From a virus, in IMG/VR virus record IMGVR_UViG_3300043425_000861: DNA of 64,000 nucleotides, one strand, 5' to 3'. Below the pieces are notes generated by a model. It did not search any database, was not told the DNA's origin, and saw only the letters and a list, made by a program, of their open reading frames with translations. Positions 46,912 to 57,093 of the stretch are shown here, piece after piece. Position 1 is the stretch's first letter. Every line of letters begins with the position of its first letter. The position numbers and the translations under genes are program-made.

Positions 46912-47235
46912 ATGGATTGGTATAGTATCAAATATTTGTACCCTGAATCTTTCGAAAGATTTAGTTCGGTTATGTTCCCAAATACGGGAATCGTGAGTTT
47001 ATCTACATTGTCTTATTATGACAATAAGAAACTATATTATTTTTTCGATAAGGAGGGTATTTTTTTGATGATTGAAAGATTTAATATCGATGTATGGAAT
47101 TACACCATAAGTTTACATAATGGTGTTTGTTTTGGTCCTGGTGACCTATCTAAAAAAACAAGAGAAGAAGCTGAGAGTGAGGGATTTGCTGAATGTTTCA
47201 AAATATTATACAAATGTATTAGAGATTGTAAATGA
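46912..47235 (+). CDS. Hypothetical protein
   Basis: 107-aa ORF. Confidence 0.65.
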   Translation: MDWYSIKYLYPESFERFSSVMFPNTGIVSLSTLSYYDNKKLYYFFDKEGIFLMIERFNIDVWNYTISLHNGVCFGPGDLSKKTREEAESEGFAECFKILYKCIRDCK

Positions 47236-47248
47236 CTATTTATCTAAT

Positions 47249-47536
47249 ATGTCCACAATTACGTTTTTATTACAAGCCACAAGAATTCTTCACGTTGGTA
47301 ACTATGATGAAGATGAGTTACGTATGATTTACGATTTTACAACTCAACTTGACAATGTTGTATTAAATGAGTATCTTAATAACACAACCATCTTATCTTA
47401 TAATAATGATTTAGAATTGTATGTTGAAATTTTACAATCACTAATCGTTATATTTGAGGAAAGAGAAGAATATGAAAAATGTAATTTATTAAAAATAAAA
47501 ATTGACGAATCAATAAAATTAATTAAAACCAAATAA
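47249..47536 (+). CDS. Hypothetical protein with C-terminal UVR-like motif
   Basis: FEEREEYEKCNLLK; start placed at MSTIT. Confidence 0.65.
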   Translation: MSTITFLLQATRILHVGNYDEDELRMIYDFTTQLDNVVLNEYLNNTTILSYNNDLELYVEILQSLIVIFEEREEYEKCNLLKIKIDESIKLIKTK

Positions 47537-47685
47537 TATGTGTATATTCAATATGAAAGAAGACGAAAGAAAAAAAATTTCGGAACAACACAAAAAGTTA
47601 GAAAAGGAAGCTAAAGAAAGAAAAGAAGAACTTAAAAAAGGATTGAAAGCTCCTGAAAAAAAAGAAGATAAAAAAACCTCCTAAT

Positions 47686-47925
47686 TTAGGAGGTTTCTTT
47701 TTTATTTAAGTATTTGGTAAGTAATATATACGATAACCAAAAACACCCTGAAATTGAGTAGAAGATAACGTCTGCTCCCCAATACGAACCTGTCACTTCC
47801 ATCATTAGTTTGAATAGTGCATCGTAACCCAGAGGTAGAAAGAACATCGCTAACATTAGTGACGTATCTTTGTAAAACAGAAGTCTTTTGTTTTTGTCTT
47901 TTAATTTTTTTAATTTGTTCACCAT
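47686..47925 (-). CDS. Small two-TM membrane protein
   Basis: Two hydrophobic segments. Confidence 0.6.
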   Translation of the reverse strand: MVNKLKKLKDKNKRLLFYKDTSLMLAMFFLPLGYDALFKLMMEVTGSYWGADVIFYSISGCFWLSYILLTKYLNKKETS

Positions 47926-47980
47926 CAGGGTCCATCTATAAGGGGTTTATAACATTATGGATTTAGATAATCCTTTTATA

Positions 47981-49084
47981 TTAAATACTCTCAATTTCTA
48001 CTTTGGACCTTTTCAACGCAGATGCAAAAACTTGGTGCATATCGTAGTATTTGTAATCGGCCAATCTACCACCAAATAGGTATTTGGTTTCTTTCGACAT
48101 TAATTCCTTATACTGACCATATCTAATATTATTGATATTATCGTTCATTGGATAATAAGGTTCTCCTTCTGTTTTTGGGTATTCTTTTGTTATCACAGTC
48201 GTTGGTTGTTCGCCAAATTCAAAATGTTTGTGTTCAATGATTCTTGTGTATGGAACATCAACATCACCATAATTCATACCGGCAATTCCTTGATAATCTG
48301 GTATGTCTAATATTTCTGTTTCAAACTTTAAACTACGATATTCTAATTTACCGAACTGATAGTTGTAAAATTCATCCACCGCACCCGTATAAACAACTTT
48401 AGTTGCTTTAGAATCCCAATTCTCTTTATCCTTCAAGTAATCAACATTTAATTCAACATCAATTCCTTCTAATAATTTTTCAAAAATTTTAGTATAACCC
48501 CCAATAGGAATTCCTTGATAATTGTCAAAGTAATAATTGTCATCAAACGTCAATCTAATTGGTAAACGTTTGATGATGAATGATGGTAATAACTTAGGTT
48601 CTCTACCCCATTGTTTAGTGGTATATCCCTTTATGAAGATTTCATAAAGTTCAGGACCCACTTCTGATAATATCCACTCCTCCAAATTAATTACTCTACC
48701 TAACGGATTTTTATCAAACGGTATTTTAACTTCCTCAAGTTTTTTTCTTGCTTCCTCAGGTGTTTTAACACCATATACTTGATATAAAGACATTAAATTA
48801 ATTGGTAGTGAATATATCTTGTCTTTATATTTTATTTTAGGTCTATAACTAAAATGATTAAATGGGACTAAATTATTTACATAATCCCATACTCGTTTAT
48901 CTGATGTGTGGAATATATGAGGACCGTATTTGTGAACATTAATACCGTCAATCTTTTCGGTATAACAATTACCACCAATATGATATCGTTTGTCTATTAC
49001 TAATACCTTTTTACCAGCATTTGTTAATTCTCTTGCAAATACCGCACCATATATTCCCGCACCAACTATTAAGTAATCGTACAT
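47981..49084 (-). CDS. glf: UDP-galactopyranose mutase
   Basis: IVGAGIYG, IGGNCY, HKYGPHIFHT, YTRIIEHKHF, EPYYP and GRLADYKYYDM motifs. Confidence 0.96.
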   Translation of the reverse strand: MYDYLIVGAGIYGAVFARELTNAGKKVLVIDKRYHIGGNCYTEKIDGINVHKYGPHIFHTSDKRVWDYVNNLVPFNHFSYRPKIKYKDKIYSLPINLMSLYQVYGVKTPEEARKKLEEVKIPFDKNPLGRVINLEEWILSEVGPELYEIFIKGYTTKQWGREPKLLPSFIIKRLPIRLTFDDNYYFDNYQGIPIGGYTKIFEKLLEGIDVELNVDYLKDKENWDSKATKVVYTGAVDEFYNYQFGKLEYRSLKFETEILDIPDYQGIAGMNYGDVDVPYTRIIEHKHFEFGEQPTTVITKEYPKTEGEPYYPMNDNINNIRYGQYKELMSKETKYLFGGRLADYKYYDMHQVFASALKRSKVEIESI

Positions 49085-49085
49085 A

Positions 49086-49763
49086 TTAAATGTCTAAGTT
49101 TTGTATTGGTTTTAAATAACTGTTGATGAACCCTGATGGACCAAATGAATGGTGTCCACCAATATCACTAACATCACCGCCTCTTTGAGTTACTGCAACA
49201 GGATATACTGAATATTTTTTTGATAGGTTCGCAGACAATAAAATATCCATCGGATACGCATAATGATAATGATTGATTAATGTGTCGTAAGCGGTGTGAT
49301 TTAAAATAAACGCGTGTGAAGTATTCATTCCACCAACTTTAATTAAATGTCTACCTGCCTGTGTAACGTATTGGTCAAGTAACGAACCGCCCAAATACAA
49401 TATTTCCCAATCCTTATCCTTTACTTCATCAATTGCGGATTCAATAATATCCATTGAATGGGTAAAACCACCATTATAAAAATAAATGTCATCTTCGAAT
49501 ACCAATATTCTTTCGTAGTTATTTTCTTTAGCGTCATTAATAATTTTTAAGTGTGATTGAGTACAACCATCAACACATTTTTTCCAATCATCGGAACCAT
49601 AATCACATTTAACCGTTTCGTTAAATGCCGCCACCGCAGATACTCTTTCCACTAAGTCTTGGAGGTTATATTTTTCCAATTCTTGTTTTGTCTTTTCATT
49701 TCTTTCGGTTTTATAATCTAAATTGATATAATACCCTTTGTTTACAAAATCTTTTAGTTTCAT
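49086..49763 (-). CDS. GT25-like glycosyltransferase
   Basis: YYINLD...ER, GCTQSH, ILVFEDD and WEILYLG. Confidence 0.85.
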   Translation of the reverse strand: MKLKDFVNKGYYINLDYKTERNEKTKQELEKYNLQDLVERVSAVAAFNETVKCDYGSDDWKKCVDGCTQSHLKIINDAKENNYERILVFEDDIYFYNGGFTHSMDIIESAIDEVKDKDWEILYLGGSLLDQYVTQAGRHLIKVGGMNTSHAFILNHTAYDTLINHYHYAYPMDILLSANLSKKYSVYPVAVTQRGGDVSDIGGHHSFGPSGFINSYLKPIQNLDI

Positions 49764-50413
49764 AATTCTAATACTTTATTCGCGTTTTTTATATAGATGT
49801 CAATATTCCCACCCGAAGCCGAATGGAAATTATGAAATATTAAATCTTCGTACACACTCCCATTACCAAACATAACACCTGGTTTTAGTTCCCACCTTTC
49901 AATTTCACACTTGTCAAATTTTAAATATGAAATTTGATAATTCTTTTCTCTACATATATGGGACAATTCTTCCCCAACATCACCTCTACCGGTTGCGTTA
50001 TATTTTGGTCTATCTAATAAATCATAAAAACTTTTAGATATACAAAAACAAGCAGGACCGGCATATACATCGTTATTTAAATGACTGGTTTTTTGTTCAA
50101 TACCTAATATTGTATTTTTATCATAAACTCTGTCAATTATAATATCAAGAAAATTTGATTTAGTTGGGAATGCGTCGATGTCAAAAAATAAAAGGTAATC
50201 AACGTCTTCGTTGTTTGATATGTCGTTCATAAAATTTGGGTGTCCATCATAATCCATCGGACCTTCCCATAAAATTTGATTTATACTAACCTTAAATTTT
50301 TCAAAAATTTGTTTTTGTAAATCTCTATATCTCAAATCATTATTTGGGAAATAAACACTATAAATCCCAATCTTTATTGTTTCACTATTTTTAGTTATGT
50401 AATTATATTTCAC
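49760..50413 (-). CDS. GT-A-fold glycosyltransferase-like protein
   Basis: LFFDIDAFP DxD motif; lies within the glycosylation operon. Confidence 0.65.
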   Translation of the reverse strand: MKYNYITKNSETIKIGIYSVYFPNNDLRYRDLQKQIFEKFKVSINQILWEGPMDYDGHPNFMNDISNNEDVDYLLFFDIDAFPTKSNFLDIIIDRVYDKNTILGIEQKTSHLNNDVYAGPACFCISKSFYDLLDRPKYNATGRGDVGEELSHICREKNYQISYLKFDKCEIERWELKPGVMFGNGSVYEDLIFHNFHSASGGNIDIYIKNANKVLEL

Positions 50414-51613
50414 TTACACCAAATCATTAATGAAGTCAACCCACATTGAGCCGATTTTATTAACATTGAATTTACTTAAAATATAATCTTTACCGCGTCT
50501 TCTAATGTCTTCTTTAATTTCAGGATTTTCTTCTAAGAATTTAATTTTTTCAACAATATTATCGGTGATTGTAAATTTACCATCTAAATCTTTTGTTAAT
50601 GCCTCACTCTGCATTTTATCAACATCAACACCTTCAGGAAAATCTAACCATTGACAAAATCCTTCAAAGTTTTCAGGTAATGCACCTAATGGATATGTAA
50701 CAACAATCGCACCTAATGCAATTGCTTCCGCAACTACACAAGAAAATGTGTCTTTGTGTACATCTTGATATGGTGTATACAATGGATAGATGAAATACTC
50801 ACTTTCCGCAATGTTTGTAAATAATGTTTTCTTATCCACTCCATTATGTAAATTAAAAAATGAGTCTTGGTGGTGATGTGTTGCTAAAAGATAATCAAAT
50901 GCGTGAAATTCGGAATCTTCGAAATTTAATCTTCTAACAGCTTCAACGGCAACATTACCTCCCCTTGCCCAAGCTGCGTGGAAAACAAATTTATGTGGTT
51001 TTCTTGTTGGATATGAATACGTGACTTCATTAATCATATCATCTAATACCGGATTAGGAATTAAAGTAGATTTAATTTTAGTCGGGGAGTCTTCATTTGA
51101 AAATTGAGGTCTATTTTTAACTGATTCAATAATATTTTTAGTCATACTTTTCTCCCACTCTGAAATATGGATAAAACCTAATGATAAATTATTATCCTTA
51201 ACATAATTTACCAGTTCTTCAATTCCATAAACCCATTGCATATGTGACCAATAAATTACACTTTTAGTTACTGTTATAGGTAACGATTTATAATCGTGAA
51301 ACCATAGCATACTAACTAAAATATCAAACTCCCTATTCTCAATGCCTTCGAAATCAATATTGGTGTATTTCACTCCATAGAATTCTCGACCTGGTACATA
51401 TGTAATACCTCTGGATTTATATTCTTCTTCTAATCTTGGTTCCAATCTGTCTGCAACAAATACGACTTCGTGTCCTTGTTTTGCAAGATACTCAGCCATT
51501 AATATTGAACTTCCGTCAGTACCTGACCCACCTCCATTTCCATATCTTAAAGTGTGACCATTCAGGTAATTACTTCTTCTACTATTACCAATAACAACAA
51601 AGGCAATTCTCAT
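50414..51613 (-). CDS. GT-B (GT4-like) glycosyltransferase
   Basis: AEYLAKQGHEV; DTFSCVVAEAIALGAIVVT...GALPE. Confidence 0.8.
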   Translation of the reverse strand: MRIAFVVIGNSRRSNYLNGHTLRYGNGGGSGTDGSSILMAEYLAKQGHEVVFVADRLEPRLEEEYKSRGITYVPGREFYGVKYTNIDFEGIENREFDILVSMLWFHDYKSLPITVTKSVIYWSHMQWVYGIEELVNYVKDNNLSLGFIHISEWEKSMTKNIIESVKNRPQFSNEDSPTKIKSTLIPNPVLDDMINEVTYSYPTRKPHKFVFHAAWARGGNVAVEAVRRLNFEDSEFHAFDYLLATHHHQDSFFNLHNGVDKKTLFTNIAESEYFIYPLYTPYQDVHKDTFSCVVAEAIALGAIVVTYPLGALPENFEGFCQWLDFPEGVDVDKMQSEALTKDLDGKFTITDNIVEKIKFLEENPEIKEDIRRRGKDYILSKFNVNKIGSMWVDFINDLV

Positions 51614-52866
51614 TATAATGTTTTTTCATATCGACCACTCCATTGTTTTTCCTCGTCAAACAAGTACATAACAATTTTGGTTGGTTTATCAAAAGAATCT
51701 AAAGTCACGCTGTAAACGTTATTTTCCAAGTTCACATATTGAGGGTCGGTATCAACTGTAAAATCTTTTCTTAATATCTCTTCTCCTTTATTATTAAGTA
51801 CACCTAAAGTCATAAATTTAGGTTTTTTGAACTCAAAATTTTTGAAAAATTCTAAATCCCATTCACAGGTAATTCTGTGAGTGTTTTTAATGAATTGTTC
51901 TTCCCAATCTGACGGATTTGGTGGTTCTTTTACTTTAAGTGTATAATCTTGAATTAAACATTTCTTAAAATCAAATCCACCATATACTTCGTAGTCGTGT
52001 AATGTTCTTTCAGTACCTAAACCATACTCACCTAAATCAATTCCATACTCATCAGTACCAAACATTTGTCTAGTTTTATTTCTTGCGTGAATATCACGTT
52101 CGCCACTTGTTTTTTGTGTTTCACTTTGTGTTCCGTGGTCATCCCAATGTTTAGGTCTATAACTTCTTGTATATTCGTGCCACATCACCATTTGATACGG
52201 ACTAAAGAAATCATATCCATTGGTGAATGCTCTTAAACTAAGTGTTGTTTCTTCTGTATACCCACCGAAATAGATTTCAGGGTCATAAGGTACCTCTTTA
52301 ACAAAATCACCACTCGTGAAATAGAAGTGACCACTAATTGTACGAGCCTTAATAACTCTTTTTCTTTGTTTATAATCTTGTATAAACCAAGGCATACTCA
52401 TTAATAATCTATCACTACTAAATTCATATTGAGACATTAGACACGGAGTAGGATTCCAAGTTGATTCATCCTTTGTGGGGTCAAACGGAGTACAATATGT
52501 TGTGATAACAGGTTTATCAGAAACCATTAACGCTTGATTATAGTCTCTTAATACAATCTCATCCCAATTCTCAACAAATCTATGATGGGAATCAATTTGT
52601 AATGTGTATTTCTCACCACCATATAACGTATTGGTTATGTTTCTGGCCCAACCAAGTCCTTGGCTTTCACTATAATGATGTTTACTAACTCTAAATTGTG
52701 GATTATTATCATATCTATCCACATCTTCAGTATCATCATATTGCCAACAAATACCAAACACCAAATTCCAAGGTTCTTTAGCCTTATGAATCATATCTTC
52801 AATGGTTGGGATTAATTGTGGGTCTCTATACGACGCGATTTGAACGAAAATTTTATCACTATTCAT
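51613..52866 (-). CDS. GT60-like GlcNAc transferase (Skp1 Gnt1 family)
   Basis: IFVQIASYRDP, GLGWAR, LQIDSHHRF, EVPYDP and EE..LSLRAFTNGYD motifs. Confidence 0.85.
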   Translation of the reverse strand: MNSDKIFVQIASYRDPQLIPTIEDMIHKAKEPWNLVFGICWQYDDTEDVDRYDNNPQFRVSKHHYSESQGLGWARNITNTLYGGEKYTLQIDSHHRFVENWDEIVLRDYNQALMVSDKPVITTYCTPFDPTKDESTWNPTPCLMSQYEFSSDRLLMSMPWFIQDYKQRKRVIKARTISGHFYFTSGDFVKEVPYDPEIYFGGYTEETTLSLRAFTNGYDFFSPYQMVMWHEYTRSYRPKHWDDHGTQSETQKTSGERDIHARNKTRQMFGTDEYGIDLGEYGLGTERTLHDYEVYGGFDFKKCLIQDYTLKVKEPPNPSDWEEQFIKNTHRITCEWDLEFFKNFEFKKPKFMTLGVLNNKGEEILRKDFTVDTDPQYVNLENNVYSVTLDSFDKPTKIVMYLFDEEKQWSGRYEKTL

Positions 52867-52971
52867 TTTATCTTTTTTTTAAAATATAGTATTATTTTAT
52901 TTAATAATCAAATGTTGTCTACCCATTTTTTATTCTGAAAAATTTTATTTATACTTTAAAAAAAGACTCAT

Positions 52972-53322
52972 ATGAAAACTACATACCAACCTGCAGTAAT
53001 TCAACAAACTGAAAATGTTATTAATGGATTAATCGACGCAGAATTTTTTGATGATTACGAAATAACTGATTTAACATACGCAAGACAATACCTAAATGAG
53101 TTTTTTACACGAAAATTCATTGAAGGTAAAATAGAAGATGATATTGAGGAGATATTCTCAGAACAAGAATTTGAAGTTATTCTAAGAGAGATTGCAGCAG
53201 GTACCGTACTTCACGAATTGAAAGAAAAGGGACTTGTTGATTCGTATGAAGATGAGAATACTGAAGAAATGTTTTTTTTGACCGAAGAAGGTAAAAAATT
53301 CGTTAAAAAGACTGACGATTAG
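52972..53322 (+). CDS. Hypothetical protein (winged-helix-like C-terminus)
   Basis: LKEKGLVD...FFLTEEGK. Confidence 0.65.
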   Translation: MKTTYQPAVIQQTENVINGLIDAEFFDDYEITDLTYARQYLNEFFTRKFIEGKIEDDIEEIFSEQEFEVILREIAAGTVLHELKEKGLVDSYEDENTEEMFFLTEEGKKFVKKTDD

Positions 53323-53648
53323 GATTTTTTCTCCTCAATAGATTGAGAATAAACACTTTTTTTGTGTGATTTAACTTTTTCCTTTAATTGAGATAATAAT
53401 TTTTGAGCTTCTGTCAATTTTGATGAGATTCCTGAAACTCTACTATTACAAATAGGTTTTAAACCACCAGGAACACAATCATCCAACTTTCTCAACTCTT
53501 TAAATGTTTCATTTAATGAGTTTTGTAACTCTTCTATTTTAAATTGTACTCTGGCGAAATCCTCACGTTTCACTTTTGATGCCTGCTCGTTTAAAATTTG
53601 ATGCAGAACACTTTTTACCACCTCTTCTGAAATTATATTGTTTCCCAT
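53319..53648 (-). CDS. Coiled-coil hypothetical protein
   Basis: Start placed at MGNNIISEE, 5 nt after TATTTATA. Confidence 0.65.
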   Translation of the reverse strand: MGNNIISEEVVKSVLHQILNEQASKVKREDFARVQFKIEELQNSLNETFKELRKLDDCVPGGLKPICNSRVSGISSKLTEAQKLLSQLKEKVKSHKKSVYSQSIEEKKS

Positions 53649-53719
53649 AATAGTATAAATACTTTTCATTTTTTAATTTGATTTTTTTTTCTTATATTTT
53701 CAATAGATAACATAACACA

Positions 53720-54769
53720 ATGAAGGATATATTTGAAACACTTTACGATTTTGATGATTTTCTGATTGAACCTGCGATTTTATCATCAATCAGAAGTCGA
53801 AGAGTTATTAATACAAGAAACATTTGGGGTGAGTTACCTCTTATGACCGCTCCAATGGATACTGTCGTATCTGAAAACAACTTTCATCTATATAAAAACA
53901 ATGGTATCCTACCCGTTTTACCAAGAATTGCAAATCCGACCGATGATTGGGTTGATACCAACATATTTTTATCATATAGTTTACAAGATTTTGAGAGAAT
54001 TTTCCTTTTAAAGAGAAAAAAGGTTAATGGGGGGACAAGATTACAAGTTTTAATTGATGTTGCTAATGGTCATATGTCAGATTTATATGATTTAGCGAAA
54101 GAAGCTAAATTAACTTACGGTGATGATATGTGTTTGATGGTGGGTAATGTGGCAAATCCTAAAACTTTCCAAGAATATTGTAAAATTGGGGTTGATATTG
54201 TTAGAATTGGTATCGGAAACGGTGGAGGATGTCTAACAACAGTCCAAACAGGTGTGGGATACCCAATGGCATCCCTAATTCAAGAATGTTACAAAATTAA
54301 AAAGCTGTCAAACTACACAACTGAGATAGTTGCGGACGGTGGTTTCAAGAAATATTCCGATATTATCAAAGGTTTGGCGTTAGGGGCGGATTATATAATG
54401 TTAGGTTCTATTTTGAATCAGTGTTTGGAGAGTTCGGGTGAAACAACAAAGGAAAATTATGAAGTTGTTAACCAATTTTCGTCAGAAATTAAAGAAGCGT
54501 TCCACGGGGAACTCCCACTTTACAAAACATTTAGAGGAATGAGTACAAAAGAGGTCCAAAAATCGTGGGGAAAGGAAAAACTAACCACTTCTGAAGGAAT
54601 TGTACGTAGAAACCCCGTAAAATATACAATTGAGGGGTGGGTGTCTAATTTTGAGGATTATTTACGCTCCGCAATGAGTTATACCGGAAAAAAAGAACTC
54701 CACCAATTTATAGGTGGAGTCAATTTAAATTTAATTAGTGGTAATTCCTTTAAGAGATTCAATAAATAG
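53720..54769 (+). CDS. GMP reductase / IMPDH-family enzyme
   Basis: APMDTV, IDVANGH, GNVA, IGIGNGGGCLT, ADGG, FRGMS, SEG and LRSAMSY motifs; no CBS domains. Confidence 0.88.
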   Translation: MKDIFETLYDFDDFLIEPAILSSIRSRRVINTRNIWGELPLMTAPMDTVVSENNFHLYKNNGILPVLPRIANPTDDWVDTNIFLSYSLQDFERIFLLKRKKVNGGTRLQVLIDVANGHMSDLYDLAKEAKLTYGDDMCLMVGNVANPKTFQEYCKIGVDIVRIGIGNGGGCLTTVQTGVGYPMASLIQECYKIKKLSNYTTEIVADGGFKKYSDIIKGLALGADYIMLGSILNQCLESSGETTKENYEVVNQFSSEIKEAFHGELPLYKTFRGMSTKEVQKSWGKEKLTTSEGIVRRNPVKYTIEGWVSNFEDYLRSAMSYTGKKELHQFIGGVNLNLISGNSFKRFNK

Positions 54770-54772
54770 GTA

Positions 54773-55021
54773 TTATTTGAGACCAAACTCTTTTTCTTCA
54801 GAATCTGTGAGTTCTCCGTCTCTTTTCATACCTTCCTTTATATAATTTCTGATTAATTTTGAAACTGTTGTCTTTTGATTATCTGCAACTTTCTCAATTT
54901 CTTTATAATACGCAGGAACAACTCTAAATGATAACATTTGTATCAATTTTTTATGTTTAGGTCTATCATCCGAACTATCGGGACTCATATTTTTCATTTG
55001 TTTTGATGCTTCTGACGCCAT
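54773..55021 (-). CDS. Ribbon-helix-helix-like DNA-binding protein
   Basis: LSFRV...IEKVA...TVSKLIRNYI. Confidence 0.65.
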   Translation of the reverse strand: MASEASKQMKNMSPDSSDDRPKHKKLIQMLSFRVVPAYYKEIEKVADNQKTTVSKLIRNYIKEGMKRDGELTDSEEKEFGLK

Positions 55022-55095
55022 ATCTTAATATTTCTTTATAAATATTTGGTTAATAGGTTTAAATTTCTTATATTATAAATATAAACAAAAATTTT

Positions 55096-55455
55096 ATGTC
55101 AGAAGATAAACAACAACCAAATCCAGTCATTAAACAGATAGAAGAACAATATCCTGAAATGACTAAAGAGTTCAAAAGAATTTTAAAAGACCAATACGAA
55201 ACTTTTTGTAGAAAACAGTCGAATTATGGTCCTGATAACATCTCATTGGGAAGAGATTTAGTTAAAGAAGAAGACCGAAAATTGTCACAAATGGGTCTAT
55301 TTTTTCGTATGAATGATAAAATACAAAGAATTAAACAATTGGTGGTCCTTGGGGCTCAGGACAATGTTGGTGAGGCCGTTGATGATACATACCAAGACTT
55401 ATCTGTCTACGCCGTTATTGCTCAATTAGTAAAAAACGGTAAATGGGGTAAATAA
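55096..55455 (+). CDS. DUF1599 / nucleotide-modification-associated domain protein
   Basis: KQSNYG, RMNDKIQR and DTYQDLSVYAVI. Confidence 0.75.
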   Translation: MSEDKQQPNPVIKQIEEQYPEMTKEFKRILKDQYETFCRKQSNYGPDNISLGRDLVKEEDRKLSQMGLFFRMNDKIQRIKQLVVLGAQDNVGEAVDDTYQDLSVYAVIAQLVKNGKWGK

Positions 55456-55549
55456 AACTCCATAAAAATTAGTAGAGGGATAAATAAAAAAATTTATCCC
55501 TTTTTTATTGTTAAACAACCACCCAAACTATTTATAAAAAAACGAAAAT

Positions 55550-55909
55550 ATGAAGGTAAACGTAAATCATCCAAGTTTCATTTCATTCTTAGATAATGTA
55601 ACAACTAATATACTTTCACACATTACAATTGAGAATTATTTCACCATTAATTCGGATAAAAAATTGGCGGTTCAGTATATGGTGTACAAATTGATGAAAA
55701 ATTCAGTTCAAAATAGAACTAAATTAACTGATGACGAAATGAAGAGTTTTCTTACCGTTTTATGGAAGAAAAATGAAGAATCTGAAAATTATGAATTGGC
55801 ATCAATTTTAAAGGATATTTTAAACAATTTTGAGACGGTGAATGAGTTCACAAAAACACCTAAAAGACAACCAAAAACGGTAAAAACGGACAAAAAACCA
55901 AATGGCTAG
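55550..55909 (+). CDS. Hypothetical protein with UVR-like motif
   Basis: NEESENYELASILKD. Confidence 0.7.
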   Translation: MKVNVNHPSFISFLDNVTTNILSHITIENYFTINSDKKLAVQYMVYKLMKNSVQNRTKLTDDEMKSFLTVLWKKNEESENYELASILKDILNNFETVNEFTKTPKRQPKTVKTDKKPNG

Positions 55910-56297
55910 AACTATTAACACAGAAACCAAAAAACGATATGCTACATTAGCAATAAGGTGGTGTGAGAGTTATTTTGGTCTGTGTGATAGAAAAAAACGT
56001 AGATTAATTTTTAGATTTAGTGAAAGAAAACGTACAATGGACGGTTGTGACGTTTTTGGTAACTATTGTTTTTATAGGAATGAAATTATCATATATCTAC
56101 CTAACAACAACACAATTTACGATGTAGTTGCAACCGTTATTCACGAATATACCCATTATTTACAAGTTCGTAGAAAATATCGAGAGTACGAACTCTCAAG
56201 ATATTACTCACAAAATCCTATGGAGAGACAAGCTAAAAGAAATGAAGACAGATATACAAAAATATGTCTTAAAGAAATTAAAAAATTAATCGACTAA
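55902..56297 (+). CDS. HEXXH zincin-like protein
   Basis: IHEYTH followed by NPMERQA. Confidence 0.7.
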   Translation: MARTINTETKKRYATLAIRWCESYFGLCDRKKRRLIFRFSERKRTMDGCDVFGNYCFYRNEIIIYLPNNNTIYDVVATVIHEYTHYLQVRRKYREYELSRYYSQNPMERQAKRNEDRYTKICLKEIKKLID

Positions 56298-56486
56298 AAC
56301 CGCTTCAGGAATTTCCCTTAGAAATAGGATAATGTCATCATTTTGATTTCTATTTCTAACCGCAACATCACAATTCCAAAACTCTTTCAAATCGTTTACG
56401 TGACCCTCTTTAATTAACGATGCTTTTACCTTTCTATAAACCCAATATAATTTGTCTTGATATTTTACTAATTCCTTACTTAACAT
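56286..56486 (-). CDS. Small hypothetical protein
   Basis: 66 aa, within the operon. Confidence 0.6.
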   Translation of the reverse strand: MLSKELVKYQDKLYWVYRKVKASLIKEGHVNDLKEFWNCDVAVRNRNQNDDIILFLREIPEAVLVD

Positions 56487-56489
56487 AAT

Positions 56490-57092
56490 TTATTTGTGTT
56501 CTGACGATTCACACAACATCTCTAATTCATTCCATTTAAACTTTGGTTTTTCGTTTAAAAACACAAAACATTTCCATTTTTTTGATTTCTCAAAATAGAT
56601 ATGTTTCTGCATATGTGAAGGTATTGCTGCGTTAGTAGGTACTCTTTTAGGAACCTTATCAAAAAATACTTTTATTATAACTGTTAAATTTTCATCATCA
56701 TCCCACTTTCTTTCTTGTTCTTCCAAAAGTCTCCATTCACCTCTGTTCTGATACTGGTCTTGCATCATACAATTCAAATATGAGAAGGTTTGTTTAAGGT
56801 TTTCCATATTATCGGAAAAAGACGCAGCAGGTGCTAAATGACCTTTATCGTAGATATTTTTAACATAATCATTAGCGTCCGATGTTTTTATATTCTTTTC
56901 AGTATAAAAATCCATAGTACCTCTATTAACGTTTGTTGGTCTGTTAGTTGAACGATACTTCAACCATAAAGGGGATTCTAAATTTTGTGAGTAAAGTACT
57001 TCAAATACTTGATTTTTAACTCTGATTGTATCTTGTGAAAACGAACTTAAACTAATTAGAATAAGTCCAAATAAAAATAATGTTTTTTTCAT
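56490..57092 (-). CDS. Secreted DNA/RNA non-specific endonuclease (NucA-like)
   Basis: Signal peptide; YDKGHLAPA...N...Q...NRGEWRLLE. Confidence 0.9.
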   Translation of the reverse strand: MKKTLFLFGLILISLSSFSQDTIRVKNQVFEVLYSQNLESPLWLKYRSTNRPTNVNRGTMDFYTEKNIKTSDANDYVKNIYDKGHLAPAASFSDNMENLKQTFSYLNCMMQDQYQNRGEWRLLEEQERKWDDDENLTVIIKVFFDKVPKRVPTNAAIPSHMQKHIYFEKSKKWKCFVFLNEKPKFKWNELEMLCESSEHK

Positions 57093-57093
57093 A

